From positions 121,411 to 185,410 of the forward strand of contig JBFLZG010000087.1 of the NCBI GenBank assembly GCA_040756235.1: a stretch of DNA of 64,000 bases. Direction: 5' to 3'. This stretch comes from a bacterium. GTDB lineage: Bacteria > Desulfobacterota > DSWW01. The position numbers and the translations under genes are program-made. Numbering within the stretch: position 1 is the stretch's first letter; each line of letters opens with the position of its first letter. This document shows, in pieces, positions 18,842 to 30,173 of this stretch. The notes beneath the pieces were generated by a model. It did not search any database. It was not told the DNA's origin and saw nothing but the letters and a program-made list of their open reading frames with translations.

Positions 18842-20119
18842 TCACCCGGATCCTTTCAGCCTCTGGAGCAGACCCAGTGTCAGCTCCGGCCAGTACGTGA
18901 TGATCAGCACCGAGGCGGCCAGAACGGCGATGAAGGGCAGGCAGGAGACGGTGATCTTCAAGATGCCTTTGCGGAACCGGTAGCTCGAAATGAACAGCCC
19001 CATGCCGAACGGCGGTGTGAGGTAGCCGATCTGCATGTTGGCCAGAAAGATGATGCCCAGGTGGACCATATCCACGCCGTATTGCCGGGCGACCGGCGTG
19101 ATGATCGGGACCACCACCACCAGGGCCGAGAAGACGTCCAGGAGCATGCCGAGGACGAAGAGAAACACGTTGAGCAGGATGAGGAAGACCAGCCTGGATG
19201 TGACGAAGCGCTGGATGAACTCGAAAATTCGCGTCGGCACGTCCACGTCGATCAGGTAGTTCGTCGTGGCCATGGCCGCTGCCACGATGATGAGAATCCC
19301 TCCGACCAGCACCATGCTGTCGCGGATGACCTTCCGGAGTCGCACGAGCGAGACGTCACGGTAAATCACGACTTCCACCAGCAGCACCCAGAAGGCGGTG
19401 ACGGCCGCAGCCTCGCTCACCGCGAACAGGCCCCCGTAAATGCCGCCCAGGACCACGAGCGGAAGGGGTACCTCCCATTTGGCCTCCCAAAGGGCCCTTG
19501 CGATCGCCCGTAGGCTCGGGCGCGACCTGGGGACGCCGCTTTTCACGGCCGCGTAGACGCCGAACCCGCACAGGATGAGCACCATCAGGAGCCCGGGCAA
19601 GGAGCCGGCCACGAACATGTCCGAGATCGGCGTCTCGGTGATGACCCCGTAGAGGATCAGCGGAACGCTGGGTGCGAACAGGAGGCCCAGGCTTCCCCCG
19701 GTCGTGACGAGACCCAGGGAGAAGCTCTCGCTGTATTTTTCCTCCAGGAGCGCCGGCAGGAGCAGGGCGCCGAGCGCCACGATCGTCACGCCGGAGGCGC
19801 CCGTGAAGGCGGTGAACAGGGAGCAGGCCACGACCGAGACGATGGCCAGCCCGCCCGGCATCCACCCGAAAAAGGCGCGCGAAAGCCGGACGAGCCGTCC
19901 CGGCGCCCCGCTCTCGCCCAGCAGGTAACCGGCGAAGGTGAACAGCGGTATGGTGATGAGAACCAGGCTGCTGGAGAGCCTGAAGAAGTCGGTCGCCACG
20001 ACCGTCAAGGGGGTTTCTTGCGCGTACCAGCCGAGCAGGGCCGCCGCCGCAAAGACGCAGAAGATCGGAGCGCCGATCAACAGTCCGAGCGCGATCAGGA
20101 CGACGGCAAGCGCGATCAA
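18842..20119 (-). CDS. TRAP transporter large permease (DctM)
   Basis: Polytopic; IPLFTFAG, GSLGLLFAPS, GYLTPPFG. Confidence 0.93.
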   Translation of the reverse strand: MIALAVVLIALGLLIGAPIFCVFAAAALLGWYAQETPLTVVATDFFRLSSSLVLITIPLFTFAGYLLGESGAPGRLVRLSRAFFGWMPGGLAIVSVVACSLFTAFTGASGVTIVALGALLLPALLEEKYSESFSLGLVTTGGSLGLLFAPSVPLILYGVITETPISDMFVAGSLPGLLMVLILCGFGVYAAVKSGVPRSRPSLRAIARALWEAKWEVPLPLVVLGGIYGGLFAVSEAAAVTAFWVLLVEVVIYRDVSLVRLRKVIRDSMVLVGGILIIVAAAMATTNYLIDVDVPTRIFEFIQRFVTSRLVFLILLNVFLFVLGMLLDVFSALVVVVPIITPVARQYGVDMVHLGIIFLANMQIGYLTPPFGMGLFISSYRFRKGILKITVSCLPFIAVLAASVLIITYWPELTLGLLQRLKGSG

Positions 20120-20646
20120 ACCCCGACCCCTCCCTCAGAGCCTGCCTCTGCAGATGCCCGCTCTTGCGGCTTCCGCAGGGAAAGCAGAGTGAATCGGAAG
20201 AACCGCAGGGTCATCACGCAGAACGCCACAGGCAACGTCAAGAGGGAGGCCCAGACGGGCAGCCCCGCCACGACGAAGCCCAGTCTCGGTTCTCGAAACT
20301 CCTGGTAAAAGACCAGAAAAGTGGAGTAGGTCATCAGCGCGCACACGACGGTGGCAAAGGCATCCCCCATGAAAGCAGCCGCAAGGCGCCTCCTCCCGGA
20401 CAGGAATCGGGCGATCGCGTCCACGCTGATGTGGTTGTGCTCCCGCGTGGCGACCATGGCGCCGAGCAGGGCGACCCAAAGGAGCATCTGCCGCATCAGA
20501 GGCTCGATCCAGACCAGCCCGATGCCCAGGAGATTCCTCAGCAGGATCTCCGTGAACGCGAGCAGGATCATGCTGACCAGGATCAGCACGAGCAGGCCGT
20601 CCTCGAGCTTCGCGACCATTCCGGAGCGGCTCGTCTTAGCCTGCAT
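20116..20646 (-). CDS. TRAP transporter small permease (DctQ)
   Basis: Four TMs, W..LLGA..A....HISVD. Confidence 0.9.
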   Translation of the reverse strand: MQAKTSRSGMVAKLEDGLLVLILVSMILLAFTEILLRNLLGIGLVWIEPLMRQMLLWVALLGAMVATREHNHISVDAIARFLSGRRRLAAAFMGDAFATVVCALMTYSTFLVFYQEFREPRLGFVVAGLPVWASLLTLPVAFCVMTLRFFRFTLLSLRKPQERASAEAGSEGGVGV

Positions 20647-20649
20647 GCC

Positions 20650-21678
20650 TCATTTTTCCTTCTCGGGGTGCGCCTTGCGGTACTCGTCTCCATACCGCTG
20701 CATCTCGGCGAGGGCGTCCGCTGGGAACTGCTGGTTCGAAAGATTCGCGTTCACCTTGCGGACCACTTCTTCGAGCTCCCGATAGTGCGCCGGGCTCACG
20801 GGAACGAAGGTGATCCCCTGGTTCATGAGGGTCTGGCGGGATTCGGAGTTGCTCTTGCGGATGTCCATCTTGAGCCTGCCGAGATGTCGGTCCACGATCT
20901 CCTGGACCGTCGCCCTGTGAGATTCGGGGATCTGCTCGTAGGCCTCCTGGGTGATCATGAGCACTCCGAATACGTAGATGAGCGGCGTATCGGTGATGTA
21001 TTTGATCCGCGTGTGCCACTGCAGGGCGATGGCGCCCACGAGAGAATTAGCGACCGTGTTGATCTGCCCGGTCTGCAGCGCCACCATCACGTCGGCGATC
21101 ATCATGGGAATGGGAGGCACGCCCATGGACTCAAAGGCGGCCTGGCCGACCGGATCCCCCTCCGGTATCCAGACCCGTTTGCCTTTGAGGTCCGCCAGGC
21201 TGGCAATGGGCTGCGTGGACATGATGTAGGCGAAGCCCACTTCCAACCAGCCCAGGACGGCGTAACCCGCCTTCTTCAACTCCCTTTGAAAGCGGGGCGA
21301 TATCTTCGTCAGCACGTAATCGACTTCTTCCTCGCTGTCGAGCGTGAGAGGGATGCTCAGGACTCTCAGGTCCTTGCACACCGTGGACACTTCTCCGGCC
21401 GTGAACTCGCCTCCCTGGATCTCACCGCTTTGCATCTTGAGCAGGAGGTCCCGACCGGTGCCCTTCACTCCGCCGTAATAGATCTTGAACTGGACCTCGC
21501 CGCCGGTCGCCTGGTCGATTTCCTCGGTCATCTCGGTCACGATCTTCGCTGACCCGAAGTTCGCGGGCGCCTTGGTGGAGATCTTGATCCGGATCGCGTG
21601 CGCAGGCGCCGCCGGCAGGGCCAGGATCACGCAGACCATCAGGGCCAAAAAGCAGCTGCCAAAATTCGTTCGTCCCAT
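20650..21678 (-). CDS. TRAP substrate-binding protein (DctP/TatP_T)
   Basis: Signal peptide, T.G.V.FKIY.GG, ALQTGQI. Confidence 0.9.
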   Translation of the reverse strand: MGRTNFGSCFLALMVCVILALPAAPAHAIRIKISTKAPANFGSAKIVTEMTEEIDQATGGEVQFKIYYGGVKGTGRDLLLKMQSGEIQGGEFTAGEVSTVCKDLRVLSIPLTLDSEEEVDYVLTKISPRFQRELKKAGYAVLGWLEVGFAYIMSTQPIASLADLKGKRVWIPEGDPVGQAAFESMGVPPIPMMIADVMVALQTGQINTVANSLVGAIALQWHTRIKYITDTPLIYVFGVLMITQEAYEQIPESHRATVQEIVDRHLGRLKMDIRKSNSESRQTLMNQGITFVPVSPAHYRELEEVVRKVNANLSNQQFPADALAEMQRYGDEYRKAHPEKEK

Positions 21679-21746
21679 CCGTCCTCCAAGTCAGTCGCCA
21701 GCTGTCGGTTGCCAGTCACCCGCCAGAAGAGAAGCGAGCTTCTCTT

Positions 21747-22640
21747 TTACTCGAAATAGGCCTCACTCTTTGCCTGGGTGATCATCTCTCTGGCCTGGCG
21801 CTGGGCCAGGGTGTTGATGAGGGTCAGCTCCGGGACCGTGTCGACCGGTGATTCGAGGACCCGGCGGAGCAGGCTGAAGAACAGGTCCTCGTCATAGACG
21901 AGCATCGCATACTGCCTGGCGAACATCACGTACGCGGGCAGGAACTTGTCCTGGCCGATCTGGAGGGCCCGCTCGAAGTGCTCTCGGGCTTCCTCGGGCC
22001 TTCCCCCGAGGGAGGGCGGCCGGACGGTCAGCAAAGCGCCGAGAAAGGTGTGGCCCGAGCCGTAATAGAAGGTCTCGTCCAACTCCAGGACGCGCCGCAC
22101 GAGTCCTTCGACCTTGGGAAGATCGGCTATGGCTTCCATGGAGGAGGCATGGGCCTGGATCCAGCCCACCCAGCTGGCGGCGGCCTGAAAGACGAACGGC
22201 ACGTCCTTTTTCCGGAACGTCTCCAGACAGGTCTCGAACTGCTCGTAGGGCCGATCCTTGACCTTGGCGAACGCCTTGTTCTGCAGGCCCAGTGCGGCGA
22301 TCCCGTAGGACTTGGCTTTTGCGGCGAGAATTTTGTTCCTCTCGGGGTCTTTCGCGGCCACGAAGGCCGTTCCGTAAGCCCCGTAGGCCTGAGATCCGGC
22401 CAGCAGCAGATCCTTGTTCTCCGGGCTGTGCTGGATCAGCCCGTCCAGGACAAGGAGGAATGCCGGTGTGCCCTGCTCCGCCAGCTCCACGTCGCGCTGC
22501 CGGAGGAAGGAACGGCTGAGGTCGTCGGACAAAGGCCGGGTATACATGCCCACGATCCTGCCGCAGCCGCCGGCCAGAGAGCAGGCCAGCAGTGCGTACA
22601 CGAAGGCGTGCAGCCTGGGAAGGGATCTCGACCTGGCCAT
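21747..22640 (-). CDS. TRAP transporter TatT component (TPR-like lipoprotein)
   Basis: Lipobox LAGGC; D.ELA..G.PA, LDETFYYG, P.LGG.PE.A..HFERA; directly upstream of dctPQM. Confidence 0.85.
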   Translation of the reverse strand: MARSRSLPRLHAFVYALLACSLAGGCGRIVGMYTRPLSDDLSRSFLRQRDVELAEQGTPAFLLVLDGLIQHSPENKDLLLAGSQAYGAYGTAFVAAKDPERNKILAAKAKSYGIAALGLQNKAFAKVKDRPYEQFETCLETFRKKDVPFVFQAAASWVGWIQAHASSMEAIADLPKVEGLVRRVLELDETFYYGSGHTFLGALLTVRPPSLGGRPEEAREHFERALQIGQDKFLPAYVMFARQYAMLVYDEDLFFSLLRRVLESPVDTVPELTLINTLAQRQAREMITQAKSEAYFE

Positions 22641-22741
22641 TGTTACCTCTACGGGGGGTTGCCGAGCAGAGATGGAGACGGGAACCGGCGGAGACGGTCA
22701 TTAACAGAATCGAGGAGAGAAGTCAAAAAAACCGCGGCTCT

Positions 22742-23290
22742 TTACCACAGGAAGTCGAGGCCCAGCCAGGTGGTCAGCTCGCCCAGGGGGATGGCATCCA
22801 CGCTCGACCGTAGAGCGTGCATGTATTTCATCTTCAGATTGAGCCGCAGGTTGGGTTTGAGAGGGGCCGCCCATTCCGTGAACCAGGAGGACCCGTAGGT
22901 GATCTCGAGATCGTTCAGCTCGAGCGGGGCCGGGCCGCGGTGGAATAGATAAGGGCCCATGCCCAGGCCGACGGAATGAGTGAACAGATGGGTATCCAGA
23001 AGACAGTATTCCATGAGAAAAGAGAAAGGAAACAAGTGCGTGCGGATCGCCGATCCGGACTCGGCTTCCTCCGATCCCTGGCGCAGGTGGTGCGCTCCAT
23101 TGATCCCGAGGGAAAAACCGGTCGGGAATTTCCACTCGAGGTTCAAATCCTGCGGGATGCCCGGGCTGTACCTTTCGAGAAGGTCCGATTCCGGCTTTAC
23201 GGCGGAGTCGGCACGCGCGAACGATCCCGCGAAGGCGCCCAGAACGAGACAGCCGGCCAGGACGAAGCGAAAGGCTTTCCGCACCTGCAT
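22742..23290 (-). CDS. Putative small outer-membrane beta-barrel protein
   Basis: Signal peptide (AFA), alternating beta-strand pattern, C-terminal LGLDFLW. Confidence 0.55.
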   Translation of the reverse strand: MQVRKAFRFVLAGCLVLGAFAGSFARADSAVKPESDLLERYSPGIPQDLNLEWKFPTGFSLGINGAHHLRQGSEEAESGSAIRTHLFPFSFLMEYCLLDTHLFTHSVGLGMGPYLFHRGPAPLELNDLEITYGSSWFTEWAAPLKPNLRLNLKMKYMHALRSSVDAIPLGELTTWLGLDFLW

Positions 23291-23637
23291 TCCGATCCCC
23301 CCGCCGCGGGATAACGTGTACGGCCCATCTGGGCCTTCTGCAACGGTCGGGCCAACACCCCGAACAACCGGCCTCCGCTGGAGATTCCTCGTTCTTTTCG
23401 AGCGGAGAGCCCTTGCGCTGCACGCCTACGAGTGGATAGTTACATAATTGGCCTTGGATTTTCCAGCAGAATCTGCAATAATGTGCCTCCTTTCAAACCC
23501 AAGAGCTCATTGTATGAGCTCCTGAACAAAAATCAAACTTCTCCATGGGACTTCTTCTTCCTCCACGCTGATTACGACTTGCTGGCTCGAGTATTCTCCT
23601 CCTGCGGGCTTTACGGAAGAACAAGCAGCAAAGTCCC

Positions 23638-24750
23638 ATGGACGAGCCGGCAGTGGATCGCTCCGTGGCCTTGAAGATTCTGATCGATCCGTCATACGTA
23701 AATTTTCGCCCGTTCCATCTCCTCCCCCGGATCGTTTTTTCCAGGGCGGGGTGGTCGGGGTTCCGCCGCCTCGCCCAACGGATGCCCGGAAACGGCATCG
23801 GGCCCTTCCCCCGGTGGGCCTTCGGGCCGGAAGGGTTCGACGGCCTCGACCTCGGGATTTCGTACACGCGTCTGCTCCGGCCGGACTTGACGCTGCGGGA
23901 GCGCGTGCTCGAAGGCTATCGGAAGGCCCGGTGGCCGATCTACGCCTTTCATGCGACCTTTCCCGGAGGATCCCCTTTCTTCATGGACACGGCCCTGGAT
24001 CTGGGCGAGAACAGCGAACGGACCCGGCGGGGGCTGCGCAGCCACATCCGTGCGGCAGCAGAGATCGGAGGGAAGGGCACCCTTCTGGTCGTTCATCTGG
24101 GAGCGGCGAACGGATCCGTGGAAACGGCCATTCGCAACGCCGTCCGCCTGCTCGAAACAGGGCTGCCGCTGGCTCAAGAACAAGAGGTCGTGCTGGCCCT
24201 CGAGAACATGCCGAGACCCGCGGGCGGGCGCTACTACCTGGGCGGCGACTACGCGGACCTGAAGAAGGTCCTGGCCGCTCTTCCGTCCCCGTGGCTGAAG
24301 GTGTGCTTCGACTGGGGACATGCGAACAACTATGCGGGCGTCTTCGCCCGGCTGCACCGGCTCCGGGCGCCCGATGCTTACGTGCAGACGTTCGGATACG
24401 GCCGTGAAATGATCCGCGAGCTCGGCCTGGACATCGTCTACGCGCACGTGCATTACAACAGGAGCCATACGGAGAAGAGCGAAAAGGCGCTGGAGCAGGG
24501 GGACGAGCACATGCCCCTGACCCGGGTTCTGCCTGCCGAGTGGGACGCCTTTTGCGACACCTTGCGTCTGCTCATGAGGGAGACCTCGATCCGGACGTTC
24601 GGAAGGGTCAATCTCGAGCTCATTCCCAGGAGAATTTTCGGATTTTATCCCGTCTTCCCGCGGGGCAGCTCGCTGGCGGAGCAGCTCTCCAGCGTCAAGA
24701 CGGCCCGCAGCATCCTCGAGCAGGAGCGGGAGACGGCTGCGCCGGTCTGA
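23638..24750 (+). CDS. Sugar phosphate isomerase/epimerase (AP endonuclease 2-like TIM barrel)
   Basis: FHA, VVHLG, LALENM, CFDWGHA, HVH, DEHMP metal-binding motifs. Confidence 0.75.
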   Translation: MDEPAVDRSVALKILIDPSYVNFRPFHLLPRIVFSRAGWSGFRRLAQRMPGNGIGPFPRWAFGPEGFDGLDLGISYTRLLRPDLTLRERVLEGYRKARWPIYAFHATFPGGSPFFMDTALDLGENSERTRRGLRSHIRAAAEIGGKGTLLVVHLGAANGSVETAIRNAVRLLETGLPLAQEQEVVLALENMPRPAGGRYYLGGDYADLKKVLAALPSPWLKVCFDWGHANNYAGVFARLHRLRAPDAYVQTFGYGREMIRELGLDIVYAHVHYNRSHTEKSEKALEQGDEHMPLTRVLPAEWDAFCDTLRLLMRETSIRTFGRVNLELIPRRIFGFYPVFPRGSSLAEQLSSVKTARSILEQERETAAPV

Positions 24751-24808
24751 AGAGGCCCGATGAGAGCCTCTCGAACGGCTAGGCAGAGCTTCCGCGCGGA
24801 GAAGAGGA

Positions 24809-26380
24809 TTGGGTGCCAGACTCCCTTTGACAGGATACCGTTTCCGGGTTTATCTGTTCGCCGCGCTGATGGTGCTGTTGGTGCTGATGAGCGTGGGGAT
24901 CACCATGGGAGTCGCCTGGTACTCGAAGCAGACGGCCTCGATGATCGTGGAGAAGGATTTCAAGTCCCGGCAGATCGAGAACACGGTGGTGGACCTGCTG
25001 CTCTCCATGGATCGAAACCGGAGGAAATTCCTCCTGCTGAAGAAACCGGAATACCGAGACCGCTTCCTGGAAGAAGCCGCTGACGTGCGCAAGTCGCTCG
25101 GCCTCCTCGAAACGATCGGCCTGTCCGAGGAGGAGAAGCGGTACGCGGCGCAGCTTCGGACCAGCTTCGAGGAGGCCCTGGACGCCGACCCGCTCGGGCT
25201 GCAGCAGGAGACCAACTTCTACGAGGCATTTTTCGACCTGCCGATGAAGGAGATCTATCAGCTCCTCCGGCTGAACCAGGAGAGCATCGACGTACGGATT
25301 TCCGAGATGAACCGCCTCGAAGGCCACTCGATTCGGGTGGGCCTCATCATGGCAAGCCTGTCCCTCCTGATGGCCATCGTGCTGTCCGTCTTCCTGATTC
25401 GTTCGGTCACCATGCCGATCCGGCTGCTGCGCAGGAGCACCCAGGAGATCGCCGACGGGCGGTTCGATCACCGCATCAGCCTGAACAGCCGGGACGAGCT
25501 GGGCGATCTTGCCGGCGCCTTCAACGAGATGGCCGAGCAGCTGAAGCGGCTGGACGACATGAAGTCGGACTTCATCGCGATCGTCTCGCACGAGCTGAAG
25601 ACGCCGTTGACCTCCATGAAAGAAGCGGTCGAGCTGCTCCGGGAAGAAGCCGTGGGGCCGGTGAATGCGAAACAGGCACACCTGCTCAAGATCAATTCCC
25701 AGGGGATCCAGAAGCTGGCCCATTTCATCGACGACATCCTGAGCCTGACCCGCATGGAAGGAGGCATGTTGGACCTCTTCTGGACGTGGATCGACTTCCA
25801 GCACCTGCTCGACGAAAGGCTGGTCCCCTTCCGGCTTCTGGCTGAAAAGAAGCAACTCCATTTGTCCGCCAGCTACGACCCGCAGCCGCTCCCTCTGGTC
25901 TATGGCGACGTGGAGCGCCTGAAGCAGGTCGTGGACAACTTGCTGGACAATGCCATCCGATTCACTCCGAACGGGGGCCGGGTGTCGGTGCACGTCAAGT
26001 ACAGGCGCAAGGGGCTGCCTTATCACAAGGCCAGGGAAGAGCCGGTGCGGGATGGGCCGGGCAGGGGCAGCGGGCTCGTGGTGCGGGTTTCCGACACCGG
26101 AGAGGGGATCCCGCCCGCGGAACGGAAGCGGGTCTTCGATAAGTTCTACCAGATCCGGCGGCGGTCCAGCCGGGGCAGCGGCTCCGGGCTCGGCCTTTCC
26201 ATCACCCGGCATATCGTCGAGGCCCATGGGGGATGGATCTGGGCGGAAGACACGAACCCGCGGGGTACGACGTTCGTGTTCACCCTGCCGCAGGAAGAAG
26301 CGGAAGAAGCCCCTCAAGAGGAGACGGTGGAGACGCCGGTCCCGCACGTGGATCGGGTGTCGCAGCCGGTCAGAGCATGA
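24809..26380 (+). CDS. HAMP-domain sensor histidine kinase
   Basis: Two TMs, HAMP (DELGDLA.AFN.M), SHELKTPL, NLLDNA, DTGEG, GSGLGL; TTG start. Confidence 0.93.
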   Translation: MGARLPLTGYRFRVYLFAALMVLLVLMSVGITMGVAWYSKQTASMIVEKDFKSRQIENTVVDLLLSMDRNRRKFLLLKKPEYRDRFLEEAADVRKSLGLLETIGLSEEEKRYAAQLRTSFEEALDADPLGLQQETNFYEAFFDLPMKEIYQLLRLNQESIDVRISEMNRLEGHSIRVGLIMASLSLLMAIVLSVFLIRSVTMPIRLLRRSTQEIADGRFDHRISLNSRDELGDLAGAFNEMAEQLKRLDDMKSDFIAIVSHELKTPLTSMKEAVELLREEAVGPVNAKQAHLLKINSQGIQKLAHFIDDILSLTRMEGGMLDLFWTWIDFQHLLDERLVPFRLLAEKKQLHLSASYDPQPLPLVYGDVERLKQVVDNLLDNAIRFTPNGGRVSVHVKYRRKGLPYHKAREEPVRDGPGRGSGLVVRVSDTGEGIPPAERKRVFDKFYQIRRRSSRGSGSGLGLSITRHIVEAHGGWIWAEDTNPRGTTFVFTLPQEEAEEAPQEETVETPVPHVDRVSQPVRA

Positions 26381-27042
26381 GCCGATTCGCATTTCGGAAA
26401 CCGTGCGGGAGCCGCTGGAGCGCCCGCAATCCGGGCCTGCGCAGGGCACTGGCTGCAGCCTGCGCCCTGGGGCTGCTGCTTCTTCAGGGTGCTTCGTGCA
26501 CCCATGTTCCGATCGCGCCGGTGCCTCCTCCACCGGTCGAACAACCCGAGCGGAAACCGACCGTCGCGGCCGAGCCTCCGGAGCGGGTCGTCCTGCAGCA
26601 TGCGCTGATGCTGCTCCGGGAAGGCAAGTGGGCCGAATCGCGCGGAATGCTGGAAGGCCTCATGCGGGGCCCGCAACCTTGTGCGGTCTGCCCGACGGCC
26701 TACTTCTACATCGGTCTGCTCGATCTGCTGGAAGCCGAAGACGCGGCCCAGCTGGAAAAGGTCAGGGACTGGATGCAGGCCTACGCCGCCCTCTATCCCG
26801 GCGGTCCGTTCATGAAAAGCGCCGAGGAGATCTCTCAGGTGCTGGAAAAACAGGTGGAGAAGCACCGCAAGGACCAGCAGCGGTTGAAGACCCTGACCCA
26901 GAAGAGCGAGGAACAGGAGAAGGAGATCGAGGCCCTGAAGTACCAGATCGAAACACTGAGATACCAGATCCAGGAGTTGGAAAACATCAGCCGGGAAGAC
27001 GAACAGAAGAGGGACGACCTCGGGCTGGGGCCGGTTGAATAG
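26377..27042 (+). CDS. Putative lipoprotein with TPR and coiled coil (QseG-like position)
   Basis: ATGA overlap with the kinase stop; signal ending GASC; Pro-rich linker; C-terminal coiled coil. Confidence 0.7.
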   Translation: MSRFAFRKPCGSRWSARNPGLRRALAAACALGLLLLQGASCTHVPIAPVPPPPVEQPERKPTVAAEPPERVVLQHALMLLREGKWAESRGMLEGLMRGPQPCAVCPTAYFYIGLLDLLEAEDAAQLEKVRDWMQAYAALYPGGPFMKSAEEISQVLEKQVEKHRKDQQRLKTLTQKSEEQEKEIEALKYQIETLRYQIQELENISREDEQKRDDLGLGPVE

Positions 27043-27073
27043 AGACTGTCCCGAAAGGCTCGACTTCAGAGGC
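27041..27073. repeat. Truncated end of family A element
   Basis: AGAGACTGTCCCGAAAGGCTCGACTTCAGAGGC resembles AGAGCCTGTCCCAACAGGCTCGATTTCAGAGGC at 53761. Confidence 0.55.
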
Positions 27074-27125
27074 GACAAGGTGTCCCGGGGGCACCTTCGG
27101 TGAGAGCGGAGGAGGGGACCGGACG

Positions 27126-28517
<1,392 letters not shown>

Positions 28518-28524
28518 GTGAGTT

Positions 28525-28649
28525 GCGAAGCGCTGAGGAGTGAGGCGTATATTGCCACGGGGGGCCCCGGCTTTCGCCGGGGCAGGCTGCCCCGGGGCCT
28601 CCACGCCCCCGCGAGCCGAACGCCGCAGATGGGCGTTTATCATCAGCCC
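28525..28649. repeat. Partial family A element between convergent genes
   Basis: CTGAGGAGTGAGGCGTA...CCCCGGCTTTCGCCGGGGCAGGCT...AACGCCGCAGATGGGCGTTT matches 53830-53940. Confidence 0.7.
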
Positions 28650-29644
28650 TACCAGCGGATGACGGAGGCCCCCCAGGTAAAGCCCGCCCCGAACGCCACC
28701 AGCACGATGCAGTCTCCCTCGCGGATCGCCCCCTGCTCCAGCAGCTCGCTCAGGGCGATCGGAATGGATCCGGCGGTGGTGTTTCCGTAGCGCTGGATGT
28801 TGCTGTAGAACTTCTCCTCCGGGACTTGCAGCCTGGCCGCCGAGAACTGGTTGATGCGCAGGTTGGCCTGGTGGGGGATGAACAGGGAGACCTGATCCAG
28901 ACCCAGCCCGTTTGCCGCCAGCGCCTCCTCCACGACCTCCGGGATCTTGGTTACGGCCATGCGGAAGACTTCCTTGCCCTTCATCTTGGGCCAGATCCGG
29001 CCTTGGTCGATGCTGTCGTGGGTCAAGTAGGGCTTCTTGCTGATGTCCCAGATCTCGAGTCGCAGGGCATCCGCGTAGCGTCCGTCCGCGTGGAGGTGCA
29101 CGGAGAGGATGCCCCGCTGCGGATCGTCCGAGGGGCCCACGATCACGGCGCCTGCGCCGTCGCCGAAGAGCACCGCAACGTCCCTGCCTTCATTGGTGAA
29201 GCTGAGGGCGCTCGAATGCACCTCGGCTCCGACTACCAGGATCCGCCGGTACATCCCGGTGCGGACGAACGCATCGGCCACGGCCAGGCTGTACAGGAAT
29301 CCGCTGCACTGGTTGCGGATGTCCATGCAGCCGATCTCCGGAACGCCCAGCTTCTTTTGCAGGTAACAGGCCGAGCCGGGGAAATGGTGATCCGGGCTCA
29401 AGGTGGCAAAGATGATGAAGTCGATGTCCCGAGGCTCCAAGCGGGCCTGCGCCAGGGCGTTGCGCGTGGCCTCCAGAGCGAGATCCGAGCAGTAAACGCC
29501 TTCTTCCGCATAGCGCCTCTCGACAATGCCGGTGCGCTGCTGGATCCACTCGTCGCTGGTGTCGAAGAGCTTTTCCAGATCGAAGTTGGTGACGCGTTTT
29601 TCCGGCAGGTACCTGCCCACGCCCAGAATCCTCGCCCTTCTCAT
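28649..29644 (-). CDS. fabH: 3-oxoacyl-ACP synthase III family
   Basis: DTSDEWI..RTGI, QCSGF, LFGDGAGA, PHQAN, YGNT, FGAGFTWG. Confidence 0.93.
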   Translation of the reverse strand: MRRARILGVGRYLPEKRVTNFDLEKLFDTSDEWIQQRTGIVERRYAEEGVYCSDLALEATRNALAQARLEPRDIDFIIFATLSPDHHFPGSACYLQKKLGVPEIGCMDIRNQCSGFLYSLAVADAFVRTGMYRRILVVGAEVHSSALSFTNEGRDVAVLFGDGAGAVIVGPSDDPQRGILSVHLHADGRYADALRLEIWDISKKPYLTHDSIDQGRIWPKMKGKEVFRMAVTKIPEVVEEALAANGLGLDQVSLFIPHQANLRINQFSAARLQVPEEKFYSNIQRYGNTTAGSIPIALSELLEQGAIREGDCIVLVAFGAGFTWGASVIRW

Positions 29645-29744
29645 CTCCGCTTTCCTCAGGTCATAAGATCAAGGTGAAAGGGCAAAGGAGGAAGGTGCGC
29701 TTGGCGTTCACTCGTCCCCCCGGCCTGTGACCCGGCATGATGTC

Positions 29745-30134
29745 TCAGGAGCCCGCCTCTTCAACTTCGATGGTGCCGTGGACGGACTCCGAGAGCGAGA
29801 GCTTTTCGAGGATGGATACGGTCTCTTCCTTTGGAAAAAGGATCAGGAAGAGCCTGCGGTGCAGGCGCAGATCGGTTCCCTGCGCCGACGGCGGGGGTAC
29901 GCTTCGGACCTCGAGGGGAATCGGACCCCGCACCCGTGCGCCGCTCCCGGCGATTCGGTGGTAGAGTTTGCCCGCCTCCTTGTCCAACAGACGAGGGTCA
30001 GGAGACTCGATGGTCAGGAGGAGCCTGCTGTCCCAGGCGATGCGGTCGTCGGGCTGGAGCGATCTTGCCTTGGCGCCTCTCGAAGGCCTTTTTGGCGCTG
30101 GCGGGGGCGGGCTCGGAACGTATCTTCTGGCCAT
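29745..30134 (-). CDS. Divergent stand-alone ribosomal protein uS10/NusE-like protein
   Basis: D.RLLD, GARVRGPIPL, H.RL, ETV..L..L.L...V..IEV align with the S10 fold; loop shortened; N-terminal Pro/basic extension. Confidence 0.75.
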   Translation of the reverse strand: MARRYVPSPPPPAPKRPSRGAKARSLQPDDRIAWDSRLLLTIESPDPRLLDKEAGKLYHRIAGSGARVRGPIPLEVRSVPPPSAQGTDLRLHRRLFLILFPKEETVSILEKLSLSESVHGTIEVEEAGS

Positions 30135-30173
30135 TGAGGAAGCGACTCCAAGGCATGCTGCAGGCTGAAAGGT

